64,000 nucleotides of DNA from Patescibacteria group bacterium. Its GTDB lineage: Bacteria; Patescibacteriota; Patescibacteriia; XYB2-FULL-38-15. Location: positions 299,302 to 363,301 of the forward strand of contig JBAZJZ010000001.1 in the NCBI GenBank assembly GCA_041650995.1, given 5' to 3'. Below the pieces are notes generated by a model, which saw only the letters and a program-made list of their open reading frames with translations, did not search any database and was not told the origin of the DNA. Positions 48,782 to 57,142 of the stretch are shown one piece after another. Positions within the stretch are counted from its first letter, which is position 1; each line of letters opens with the position of its first letter. The position numbers and the translations under genes are program-made.

Positions 48782-49918
48782 TTAGAATTCAGGATAAATT
48801 ACTTTATAAATAATTCCCAAAATAAATACAAACGCCACCAGACTCAAGACCCATTCGGAAATTTTAACTTTATATTCCGGAGTTCTTTTCCCTTCTTTTT
48901 CCGCCTTGAGCCAAATCAAAATTATCAAAAGCCCCTCGATTCCTCCGAGCACCGCGCCGGTAAAAGCAGCGACAGAAATAAATTCCGGTCGAGCCAAAAG
49001 AAAAATTATAAATGGAACCAGGCATGCCAAAAGCCAGGAAAGCCAGCCATTCACCTTGTAATCTAATTTAAAAATCTCTTTGAGATTCAGTCCCAAAACA
49101 AGAAAAGAAGTAGTAATAGCCAAAAAACCGAAAATCGCGCCAAAGAGAACAATATTGCTTCCAAGCGGCCCGACTAAACCGCTGATTGCTTCTGACGTGG
49201 TATTTTCTCCGCTGATCCCGATTACCACGAAAGAAAAAAGAATTGTAATGACAATCGGAATTGCCGTGCCCCAGATCAACGCCTTTTTCATTTTCTTTTC
49301 CTGGCCACGTAGCAAATCTCTGATTTCAGGAACTGCCGCCGCCCCACCTAGGGCGAATAAAATCACGCCGTAAGGGAAAAATATTTCTTTCAAATTCATG
49401 ACAAATAAATTTGGATACCAAACGTAAGACAGACCAAAAATAAAAATTATCGCTACTACGGCCAGAAGAAACATTGTCATCGCGAATTCAATCGGCGCCA
49501 CGAGGCGAAGGCCGACTCCGACCGTGAGCGACGTAACAATAAAAAATCCGATTTGATAAGCCAAAATCGTTCCGCCAAAAACCGGCGAGAGAAGCAGGTG
49601 TAAAAATTGTCCGCCAATAATTATATAGGCGATAAGCGCGCCGTAAAAAGAAAAAATTTGCGCCAGAGCCGCTACTATTTTTCCCTTACTCCCAAGATAT
49701 ATTTCCGCATAACCAACCAACCGATGTTTCCCTTCGGTGCGGAGAGCTACTTCACCATAGAGAACATGCACAAGCAATAGAAGCATGCCCAAAATAAAAA
49801 TATAAGTGGCGCCAAGAGCAAAGCCCACTTTCTCCACGGCGTAAGGCACGCCAAAAAGCCCCACTCCTACGATCATGCCAACCATCATGGCGATGGCATG
49901 AAAAAATCTTTTATTCAT
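48782..49918 (-). CDS. polytopic permease (amino-acid/aromatic amino acid transporter-like)
   Basis: About 11 TM segments; family assignment is by eye only. Confidence 0.55.
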   Translation of the reverse strand: MNKRFFHAIAMMVGMIVGVGLFGVPYAVEKVGFALGATYIFILGMLLLLVHVLYGEVALRTEGKHRLVGYAEIYLGSKGKIVAALAQIFSFYGALIAYIIIGGQFLHLLLSPVFGGTILAYQIGFFIVTSLTVGVGLRLVAPIEFAMTMFLLAVVAIIFIFGLSYVWYPNLFVMNLKEIFFPYGVILFALGGAAAVPEIRDLLRGQEKKMKKALIWGTAIPIVITILFSFVVIGISGENTTSEAISGLVGPLGSNIVLFGAIFGFLAITTSFLVLGLNLKEIFKLDYKVNGWLSWLLACLVPFIIFLLARPEFISVAAFTGAVLGGIEGLLIILIWLKAEKEGKRTPEYKVKISEWVLSLVAFVFILGIIYKVIYPEF

Positions 49919-50066
49919 AACTCTCTAAAATTAGTTCTAATAGTTTAGAACATTATAACATAAACGAAATTATAACTCAAAATAAGGCTATTTTTAAACG
50001 TGGACAAAATGTGCAAAAATCCATTTGCCTTTTTCCCCCAAATCATCTAAGATTTAAGAACCTAAA

Positions 50067-51440
50067 TTGCCAACTATGGCTACCGAAAAAATCACTCCGC
50101 AAAATATTGAAGCCGAACAATCTCTTTTGGGAGCGCTTTTAATTGATAAAGATTCTGTCATCCGCGTTGCCGATATTGTCCGGACGGAAGATTTTTATAA
50201 AGAAAGCCACGCCGTGATTTATGAAGCGATCTTGGATCTTTTCGGTCGCCATGAGCCGATTGATATTTTAAGTTTAACTTCAAAACTTGAAGAACGCGAC
50301 AAATTGGAAATGATCGGCGGAAGAAGTTATTTGATGACTCTCGCTAATTCCGTCCCGACCGCCTCGCACGTTGTCCATTACGCCAATATTGTCCAGAAAA
50401 AAGCGACTTTACGACGGCTTCTAACCGCAGCCGGAGAAATCACCTCACTTGGCTACAACGAAGAAGAAGACGTGGAGGTTGTTTTGGATAAAGCTGAACA
50501 AAAACTTTTTTCCGTTTCCCAAAAATATTTAAAACAAATTTTCATCCCGATTAAAAATATTTTAACCGAAGCCTTTGATCGCATTGACGAATTGCATCGG
50601 GAAAAAGGAAAACTCCGAGGCCTCACGACCGGCTACCATGATTTGGATAATCTCTTGGCTGGGCTTCAAAAATCGGATCTTGTGATTTTAGCCGCCCGCC
50701 CTTCCGTCGGTAAAACTTCGCTTGCCTTGGATATCGCGCGAAATGTCGCTACCAAAGCAAAAGTCCCGGTCGGTATTTTTAGCTTGGAAATGTCAAAAGA
50801 ACAACTTGTTGACCGCCTACTCTGTTCCGAAGCCGGGGTGGATCTTTGGAAAATGCGCACGGGCAAACTGTCCGACCGTGATGAAGACGATGATTTTCCG
50901 CGTATCGGCCACGCCATGGGAACTCTTTCCGAAGCCCCGATTTTTATTGACGATTCGGCAACTTCAAATATAATGGAAATCCGGACTAAAGCCCGACGGC
51001 TTCAAATTGAAAACGGTTTGGGTCTTCTGATTATTGACTATTTGCAATTGATGGAATCCCGTTCGCAAAAAGCCGACAACCGCGTCCAAGAAGTCGCGGA
51101 AATCACGCGTTCGCTAAAAGGTATTGCTAGAGAATTAAATATCCCCGTGCTTGCCTTGTCTCAATTATCCCGCGCCGTGGAAGCGCGTTCCCCGGCCATC
51201 CCGAAACTCGCGGATCTCCGCGAATCGGGCTCAATCGAACAGGACGCCGACGTGGTTTTGTTTATTTATCGCAAAGCCATGGACCGCAACTTCCGCGAAA
51301 TAACTCCGGAAGAAAGAAACATCGCCGAAATTCACATTGCCAAACACAGAAACGGCCCGACCGGAATCGTCAATCTCTTCTTTGATGAAAACCGGGTCAG
51401 TTTTAAAAATTTGGAACGGCGCGCGGAAGAACAGCAATAG
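50067..51440 (+). CDS. dnaB: replicative DNA helicase DnaB
   Basis: N-terminal EAEQSLLGALL, Walker A ARPSVGKTS, RecA-like fold. Confidence 0.9.
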   Translation: MPTMATEKITPQNIEAEQSLLGALLIDKDSVIRVADIVRTEDFYKESHAVIYEAILDLFGRHEPIDILSLTSKLEERDKLEMIGGRSYLMTLANSVPTASHVVHYANIVQKKATLRRLLTAAGEITSLGYNEEEDVEVVLDKAEQKLFSVSQKYLKQIFIPIKNILTEAFDRIDELHREKGKLRGLTTGYHDLDNLLAGLQKSDLVILAARPSVGKTSLALDIARNVATKAKVPVGIFSLEMSKEQLVDRLLCSEAGVDLWKMRTGKLSDRDEDDDFPRIGHAMGTLSEAPIFIDDSATSNIMEIRTKARRLQIENGLGLLIIDYLQLMESRSQKADNRVQEVAEITRSLKGIARELNIPVLALSQLSRAVEARSPAIPKLADLRESGSIEQDADVVLFIYRKAMDRNFREITPEERNIAEIHIAKHRNGPTGIVNLFFDENRVSFKNLERRAEEQQ

Positions 51441-51442
51441 TT

Positions 51443-51511
51443 AGTAACGGGTAACGCGTAAATTGAATATTTTAAAAATTACTGGTTACTGATTACACGT
51501 TACTGGTTACT
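51443..51511. repeat. imperfect inverted repeat agtaacgggtaacgcgtaa / ttacacgttactggttact between dnaB and recR
   Basis: 19-bp arms with 3 mismatches and a 31-bp AT-rich spacer. Confidence 0.5.
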
Positions 51512-51517
51512 TCAACA

Positions 51518-52129
51518 ATGTCTAAATTCCCCTTATCACTACAAAATCTCGTCGATCATTTCTCTAGTTTGCCGGGCGTTGGCCCCAAAACCGCGCTCCG
51601 GTTTGTTTTTTATTTGTTAAAACAACCGAAAGCAGAAGTGGAAAAATTCGCGGTGGCGCTTGGGTCTTTAAAAAATGTTCTAGCGACTTGTAGTGTCTGC
51701 CAAAACTTTTCTGAAAAAAATCCCTGCGCAATCTGCGGCGATTTGAGACGCGACCACGGAACAATTTGCGTTGTAGCCGAGCATCAAGATTTACCGGTTA
51801 TTGAAAATACCGGCATCCATAACGGGACTTATCATGTTTTGGGTGGAGTTTTAGACGCGCTTCACGGCATTACTCCAGACCAGCTAAAAATTAAAGAACT
51901 GGTTACCCGTATCCAAAATGGCAATGGAAAAATTAAAGAAATAATTCTGGCCCTTAACCCTGATTTGGAAGGCGAAACAACTATGCTTTATCTCACAAAA
52001 CTCATGAAGTCATTCGGTAAAAATATAAAGATCACTCGCCTCGCCCGCGGGCTTCCCATGGGAAGCGACCTTGAATACGCTGACGAAGTGACTGTTTCCG
52101 ACGCTCTGAAAGGAAGAAAAGAAATATAA
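51518..52129 (+). CDS. recR: recombination protein RecR
   Basis: C4 zinc finger CSVCQNF...CAIC, Toprim domain. Confidence 0.9.
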   Translation: MSKFPLSLQNLVDHFSSLPGVGPKTALRFVFYLLKQPKAEVEKFAVALGSLKNVLATCSVCQNFSEKNPCAICGDLRRDHGTICVVAEHQDLPVIENTGIHNGTYHVLGGVLDALHGITPDQLKIKELVTRIQNGNGKIKEIILALNPDLEGETTMLYLTKLMKSFGKNIKITRLARGLPMGSDLEYADEVTVSDALKGRKEI

Positions 52130-52137
52130 AAGAATTA

Positions 52138-52168
52138 AAAAAATCAGCCGCGTTTGGGCTGATTTTTA
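52138..52168. terminator. bidirectional terminator between recR and rplU
   Basis: aaaaatcagcc-gcgtttgg-gctgattttt. Confidence 0.65.
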
Positions 52169-52173
52169 TTTTA

Positions 52174-52485
52174 TTATTTTATACTCGTAACTTTTACTTT
52201 CGTGAACATCTGTCTGTGGCCATTCTTTCGGCGATAACGAACTTTTGGTTTGTACTTTATGATGTTCAACTTTTTTGCCCGGCCTTGCTCTAAAATTTCT
52301 CCGGAAACTTTCGCCCCAGAAACCGTCGGTTTTCCAACTTTTACATCCTTACCGTCTTCGTCAGCCAAAAGCAAAACTTCAAAATCAATCTTATCGCCGG
52401 CTGCTCCGCCGATTTTTTCGATTTTTAAAATATCCCCTTCTTTAACTTTATACTGCTTTCCGCCTGTTTTAATTACTGCAAACAT
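52174..52485 (-). CDS. rplU: 50S ribosomal protein L21
   Basis: [15 protein letters not shown]-terminus. Confidence 0.9.
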   Translation of the reverse strand: MFAVIKTGGKQYKVKEGDILKIEKIGGAAGDKIDFEVLLLADEDGKDVKVGKPTVSGAKVSGEILEQGRAKKLNIIKYKPKVRYRRKNGHRQMFTKVKVTSIK

Positions 52486-52566
52486 AATTTATTTTTGAGT
52501 ATTAAAAAATTAACATTCAACTATTAAAACATCTATTTAAAAAACTGTCAACTTCTTCCAGTTTTC

Positions 52567-53133
52567 CTAACGCCCTTTTCCCAGCTCCTTGTCGATCGCC
52601 GCGACAAAACTTCTAAATTGATTCAGATCCGGATCATCCTGGGCTCTTTTCAAATCTTGCCTTATTTCTTCCTGTCCTTGACCAACTCTTCCGATAGCAT
52701 CATCTATATTACCAATCTCCTTAAGGATAGTCTGGGCTCTTTTAAAATTTTCCTCTCGCTTAGCCCTTTCCAATTCCCCAAGAAGTCGCGCGCTTTCTTT
52801 ATTGAGTTTGTCTACCTTTGGCTTCGCGGCTGCTATTGCCTCGCGCAAATCCCTGGCCATTTGCAGTGCCGCCCGTTCCTTTCTCCCTACAAGCGCCGCG
52901 AAATATTCTCTAGCTAACGAAAGCTGCCCTCTTTTTAAGGAATTAATAACTCCTTCCAGATTTTCAATACTCTGCTGCCTCGCTTTCCCGCTCTGTTCAT
53001 TAAACACTCCAAAATTTTTGGTTTGACGTAATTCGCGCTGGAGAAAATCAACCATTGCTTCTTTAATTTTTAAAAAATCTTTCCCCTCTATACTTCTTTC
53101 TTCCTCCACTCCGAGTATCTCAATCCTATGCAT
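52567..53133 (-). CDS. hypothetical coiled-coil protein
   Basis: ORF track. Confidence 0.5.
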   Translation of the reverse strand: MHRIEILGVEEERSIEGKDFLKIKEAMVDFLQRELRQTKNFGVFNEQSGKARQQSIENLEGVINSLKRGQLSLAREYFAALVGRKERAALQMARDLREAIAAAKPKVDKLNKESARLLGELERAKREENFKRAQTILKEIGNIDDAIGRVGQGQEEIRQDLKRAQDDPDLNQFRSFVAAIDKELGKGR

Positions 53134-53139
53134 ATTTTT

Positions 53140-53595
53140 CTAAATTTTAATATCCACCTTATCTCCTATTTTTATCCCGTGCTCCGCGGCAAACCCGGCG
53201 TTGACTTCTAAAACATAATTAGCTGGTTCTCTCGGTGTGTAGGTTGATAAAAATTCCGCGGCCGTAACCGGAAGATTTGGCGCGATATCAACAACTACAT
53301 TATTTTTAATCCAAATAATATCAATGGAAAAATTCATATCTTTCATCCAAAATGCCGGCTGACCGGGGGTAGCAAAAATAAAAAGCATTCCATGATTTTT
53401 ATCCAAACTTTTACGGTTGCTTAAACCTTTTGCCATTTCCATCGGCTCATCAGCGATTTCCACTTTAACTTTTACATCATCAATAATTACTGAGCCGTGT
53501 TCTTCGACGTATTGGCCTACTTTTAAAAATCCCGCCGCCGCCAAAATTACGATAAAAATGACCGAATAAAAACGTTCCATAACATTCAATGTCAT
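53140..53595 (-). CDS. DUF192 domain protein
   Basis: MAKGLSNRKSL...GMLFIF...FWMKDMNFSIDIIW pattern. Confidence 0.65.
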   Translation of the reverse strand: MTLNVMERFYSVIFIVILAAAGFLKVGQYVEEHGSVIIDDVKVKVEIADEPMEMAKGLSNRKSLDKNHGMLFIFATPGQPAFWMKDMNFSIDIIWIKNNVVVDIAPNLPVTAAEFLSTYTPREPANYVLEVNAGFAAEHGIKIGDKVDIKI

Positions 53596-53667
53596 TACGA
53601 GCTTAGCGAAGCAATCTCATTTATGGGATTGCCGCGTCGCTCATTTTATTCGCTCCTCGCAATGACA
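53590..53667. mobile_element. MITE-like palindromic element with TGTCATT termini (78 bp)
   Basis: tgtcattacgagc...gctcctcgcaatgaca. Confidence 0.5.
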
Positions 53668-53724
53668 AAATAATTCTTTTAATTATTGTACCAAAATATC
53701 ATAAAATCGCAAGCTAAATAAAAA

Positions 53725-53811
53725 CCCTGGAGTGAGTGAGCAATCCTCGAATATCCAGACAAACAGAGAGAGATTTGTTTGCTGAACGAGGCTTACTCAC
53801 TCGCTTCAGGG
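53725..53811. repeat. 87-bp imperfect palindrome (ccctggagtgagtgag...ctcactcgcttcaggg with inner caaaca...tgtttg)
   Basis: Read directly; lies at the left boundary of the GC-rich segment. Confidence 0.6.
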
Positions 53812-54017
53812 TTCAAACATTTTTTGAGGCCACCACCCGACTGAAATTCATGTTAACTAATTTGAGCGGGTGACATTCTCGAAAAATGCGGGGAGTTACT
53901 AAGCATAAACTTTTCACTCCCCCGAGGCTCTGCTTCCTCTGGGCTCACCACTGCGCAGGTGACGCGTTCGGGCGCGGCTGGCGAACGTTGACCTTGCGGT
54001 CAAGCGATGGCAGCTAT

Positions 54018-54191
54018 CTATCTCACGCCTACCTCCTTCTTTTCGCCGAGCAGGAACCGGACGAACTGGTCCAGCTGCGGCTCGTACCGCTGCATGAGCC
54101 GGGCCGTCGCCTGCGGTGTGATCCGGTCGGCGATTCTGACCACAAGTACTGTGGAGACGAGAATCGCCGTGCTAGCGATCTCCCATGCCAT
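54018..54191 (-). CDS. GC-rich small membrane protein (57 aa from MAWEIAS...)
   Basis: RBS agggag; start chosen at the internal Met of the track ORF. Confidence 0.4.
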   Translation of the reverse strand: MAWEIASTAILVSTVLVVRIADRITPQATARLMQRYEPQLDQFVRFLLGEKKEVGVR

Positions 54192-54211
54192 CTTCACAAT
54201 TTTTCTCCCTT

Positions 54212-54493
54212 CTAGCCGATCTTCCGAGGATTTGTTGCGACGAACACCAAGTACGCCGCGACGAGCAGAACGACGTTCAGGAGGACGGCACCGAGATTGG
54301 CGGCCGGTCTCCACCAGGCGTTCGGCAACGCCAGATAGAACTCTCTGTAGATCGTCGCCCCTCCCGCGAGGACAGCCACGATCGTGAACACGAAGGCTCC
54401 ACCTGGAGAACCTTGCGCCCAGCGGAGGATGATCATCGCCCCGAAGGCAACGATCATCACCCAGAACGCGATCGTTCCGATTGCTTCGAGCAT
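54212..54493 (-). CDS. GC-rich small membrane protein (93 aa)
   Basis: ORF track; three TM helices. Confidence 0.45.
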   Translation of the reverse strand: MLEAIGTIAFWVMIVAFGAMIILRWAQGSPGGAFVFTIVAVLAGGATIYREFYLALPNAWWRPAANLGAVLLNVVLLVAAYLVFVATNPRKIG

Positions 54494-54505
54494 CTTCTTC
54501 TCTTT

Positions 54506-54640
54506 CTACCCGCCGAGGACCAGCAAGGTCCCGACGAAAGCGAAAAAGACAATGAACAGAAAAACATTGCCCTCGGCTCCGTCTTCTGCCCCACCGACAA
54601 CCATGAGCCGCCGGCGTTCCAGTTTTTGCACTCCTTTCAT
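54506..54640 (-). CDS. GC-rich small membrane protein (~45 aa, MKGVQKLERRR...)
   Basis: The upstream part of the track ORF is translation of the leader repeat; the start is trimmed to the first Met downstream of the repeat. Confidence 0.35.
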   Translation of the reverse strand: MKGVQKLERRRLMVVGGAEDGAEGNVFLFIVFFAFVGTLLVLGG

Positions 54641-54898
54641 GAGAATGTACAGGTACGCTCCTACCACCAAAACTCCCAATGCCAACCTGAACAATCTCTT
54701 TTCCTCCTTCTTTGAAAGCACCACTTCTCGTGATGCCCTCGAAAAAGGGCGGAACTCATTTTTTAGGTGGGTTCCGCTAACTCGCTTAAGTTGCTCGTCG
54801 CGCATTACTGCGTGATTTCGCAAAACTTTAGCGAGCGCTCAACCTAGGATGGTTGAACTTTCCTGGCATACTTTGGAAGCCAGGACGTTGGGAAGGAA
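54641..54898 (-). repeat. leader repeat unit 1 (homologous to 55286-55586 and 56067-56333)
   Basis: Shared blocks gatgccctcgaaa.agggcggaactcatt..ggtgggttccgct...gcaagccgctcaacctaggatggttgaactttcctggcatactttgg. Confidence 0.8.
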
Positions 54899-55285
54899 CT
54901 ACGAGCAGCCCTCGTCGACCGTGCCGTCGCAGTCGTCATCGACCCTATTGCAGTCCTCTTCGGTCGAGACGAATTGCGACTTGCAGGCAGTCCACTCACG
55001 GTTCAGGCAGGTGCTCATGCCGATTGCGCAAATGCCACGCGCGCCATCCACCGAACAAGTCTGTACCGAACCCTCCGGCACCTCCTCTAGACGGCCGTCC
55101 TCGTAGACGAGGCACCCTCCTTCTACCGCCTCCGTACCCGCCGGCTCGTCGATGATAGGCTGGCTCGTACCGCCGAAATCGAAAGTGTAGTACTGCGAGA
55201 GCCAAGCCGCGAGACCGATGCCGACGAGAATCAATCCCACGACGATCGCCGCGACCTCCGCTCTCTTCGACCTCTGCGTCATCAT
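54899..55285 (-). CDS. GC-rich secreted Cys-rich protein with C-terminal DDDCDGTVDEGC metal-binding-like motif (128 aa)
   Basis: Signal anchor; 10 Cys; RBS aggaaggaagggg. Confidence 0.5.
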   Translation of the reverse strand: MMTQRSKRAEVAAIVVGLILVGIGLAAWLSQYYTFDFGGTSQPIIDEPAGTEAVEGGCLVYEDGRLEEVPEGSVQTCSVDGARGICAIGMSTCLNREWTACKSQFVSTEEDCNRVDDDCDGTVDEGCS

Positions 55286-55586
55286 ATCTCTCCCTCCCCT
55301 TCCTTCCTTGTTTGTTGCCCAATGAAGGGCAGTGTAAAGAACTTTGTCCCGGACACGCGAGATATTCGCGGCCGAGAAACTTTCCTCTCTTCGAGCTCAC
55401 CACTTGCATGATGCCCTCGAAAGAAGGCGGAACTCATTTTTGAGGTGGGTTCCGCTGGAGCTCGCTTGGTTGCTTGTCGCACACTTGCGTGTGAGATTTT
55501 ACAAACCTTTGCAAGCCGCTCAACCTAGGATGGTTGAACTTTCCTGGCATACTTTGGTTTGAATTTGCCAGGACGTTTGGAAGGAG
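55286..55586 (-). repeat. leader repeat unit 2
   Basis: See unit 1. Confidence 0.8.
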
Positions 55587-56066
55587 CTACGAACTGCAGC
55601 CAAGCATCTGCGGCGTCAGCAACAGATTGCCTTCGCCGCCGATCCACGGATGGCGAATCACTGCCGGTTCCACCGAGAGACCGTCAACGGTAACCATGAG
55701 ACGGTCGAGCATGCCCAGATCGCCGTACCAGCGTCCGTCGGTACGTCGAGCATTGACCTCGACGCCTCCCGCGCGACCGCAGGCCTGCGCCTTGGTCAGC
55801 CGCACCTCGAACATGGCCGGCCCGTAGGACACATCTCCGTTCGAGGCATCACCGGGATCGACTGCGTGAAAGATGTAAATCTCGGCCGACTGCTCATCCT
55901 TGGAGTTAATCCGAACCGTCACGGAGTCCCGCTGCTTGTCCGCGCGCTTGTCTGCCAGCAGAGCCAGAAGACCCAAGCTCAACATGCCGAACATGAAAAA
56001 GCAAACCGCACCCACAAGCCACCAATTGCGCCACCAGTTGCTGAGAGCCTTCAGTGCCTTCTTCAT
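55587..56066 (-). CDS. GC-rich membrane-anchored protein (~160 aa from MKKALKALSNWW...)
   Basis: RBS aaggagaag; the longer track ORF (to 56162) runs into the repeat. Confidence 0.45.
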   Translation of the reverse strand: MKKALKALSNWWRNWWLVGAVCFFMFGMLSLGLLALLADKRADKQRDSVTVRINSKDEQSAEIYIFHAVDPGDASNGDVSYGPAMFEVRLTKAQACGRAGGVEVNARRTDGRWYGDLGMLDRLMVTVDGLSVEPAVIRHPWIGGEGNLLLTPQMLGCSS

Positions 56067-56333
56067 CTTCTTCTCCTTTTTCCTTCCTTGTTGTAAAGAA
56101 CTTTGTCCCGGACACGCGATGATTCGCGCGCCGAGAAAACTTCCTCTCTTCGAAAGTACCACTTTCGTGATGCCCTCGAAAAAGGGCGGAACTCATTGTG
56201 GTGGGTTCCGCTAAACTTGCTTGGTTGCTTGTCGCACATTACTGTATGATTTTGCAAAACCTTGCAAGCCGCTCAACCTAGGATGGTTGAACTTTCCTGG
56301 CATACTTTGGAAGCCAGGACGTTGGGAAGGAAG
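56067..56333 (-). repeat. leader repeat unit 3
   Basis: See unit 1. Confidence 0.8.
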
Positions 56334-56693
56334 CTATGGCACACATTCGCAGATGCCGTAGTCACAGTAGCCAAACTTCTCTCTGCAAGAATTCCGGCAC
56401 TCTTCATCCCTGCAGAATCTCTCATCGTTCAGGTCGCACCGTTCGCCGATGCCATCATTGTCCGCATCGAACTGGTCGGGGTTAGGATCAATAGGACAGT
56501 TGTCCCAACGATCTGGAATCTTGTCGCCATCCTGATCCTTTATCATGACCGGCTGAACAACCACGCCCCGCCAGTGGAGAGAAGCCGCTCGGGAAACTTC
56601 CAGGCAAAAACCGCGCAACGCGCAGAAAAACGTGAAAACGACGAACGTGAACGACGCTACCGTGATTACTGTCCTTGCCACTTTTCCATTCAT
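56334..56693 (-). CDS. GC-rich secreted protein with thrombospondin-type-3-like Asp-rich Ca-binding repeats and Cys-rich C-terminus (119 aa)
   Basis: DKIPDRWDNCPIDPNPDQFDADNDGIGERCDLNDE; signal peptide. Confidence 0.5.
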   Translation of the reverse strand: MNGKVARTVITVASFTFVVFTFFCALRGFCLEVSRAASLHWRGVVVQPVMIKDQDGDKIPDRWDNCPIDPNPDQFDADNDGIGERCDLNDERFCRDEECRNSCREKFGYCDYGICECVP

Positions 56694-56786
56694 TATGTTT
56701 TTACTTCCTTATTTCATCCGCCAAAGGCGGACTGGTCAATGAACTATTCCCTTGTCGCACCATGCGGTTTAGGAAATCTCTTCAGT

Positions 56787-56867
56787 GGCGCTGGTGGGAA
56801 TTGAACCCACTCTGACCCGGTCGACCCTTGCGGGCTCTCTCCTTGAGACTTTTTGACCGGCAGCGCC
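56787..56867 (-). other. tRNA-like element (T-arm gtgggttcaattcccac plus 7-bp acceptor-like stem ggcgctg/cagcgcc) lacking a normal D/anticodon arm
   Basis: Minus-sense ggcgctgccggtcaaaaagtctcaaggagagagcccgcaagggtcgaccgggtcagagtgggttcaattcccaccagcgcc-a; a second long-range stem ccggtc/gaccgg replaces the D/anticodon region. Confidence 0.3.
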
Positions 56868-56955
56868 CCTCGAGCAGAAACTCGTGCTTCTGCCCTGGCT
56901 TGAATCGATGAATACTCATCGCCTCAAGTCATTTAGACAAACAAAAACGGGCGAG

Positions 56956-57104
56956 GAGAGAATCCGCCCGAAATTAAATTATTTGTACAAATAATTTAGG
57001 GTGGTTTCCCGCCAAATCGGCGGGTCTCTCTCAAACCAACTTATCTTATTGTCAACAAATTAGTATACCATAAAAACAACAATCTGTCAAGAGTTTTTGA
57101 CAGA
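56956..57104 (-). ncRNA. candidate ~110-nt small RNA: near-consensus promoter (TTGACA-17-TATACT, 57076-57104) to an intrinsic terminator (cgggcggattctctcctcgcccg plus T5, 56956-56984)
   Basis: Hexamers and spacing read directly. The -35 box lies in a 7-bp perfect inverted repeat ctgtcaa-gagttt-ttgacag (57098-57117). Internal hairpin cccgccgatttggcggg. Confidence 0.4.
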
Positions 57105-57142
57105 TTTATACATTCCACTCTATTTTTCCTTTTAAATTAACC

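Noticed and set aside
54849-56257. Track ORFs inside the leader repeats (54849-55106 +, 54853-55155 +, 55282-55482 -, 55344-55562 +, 56063-56257 -, 56262-56804 +) and the 5' extensions of 54506-54823 and 55587-56162
   Set aside because: They are translations of the thrice-repeated non-coding unit, and the similar 'proteins' arise from DNA repeat identity. There is no RBS or start context, and they overlap better-supported genes.
53886-56830. Dismissing the GC-rich block as a metagenomic mis-assembly or chimera
   Set aside because: It cannot be excluded from sequence alone. However, the block has internally consistent gene organisation and repeated leaders, is bracketed by low-GC-type small elements on both sides, and smaller GC-rich genes of similar style occur at three other loci. 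It is therefore treated as real, with the caveat listed under verification.
56787-56867. tmRNA (ssrA) interpretation of the tRNA-like element
   Set aside because: The acceptor-like 5' and 3' strands are only ~70 nt apart with no room for a tag reading frame or pseudoknots. No CCA or resume-codon context was visible.
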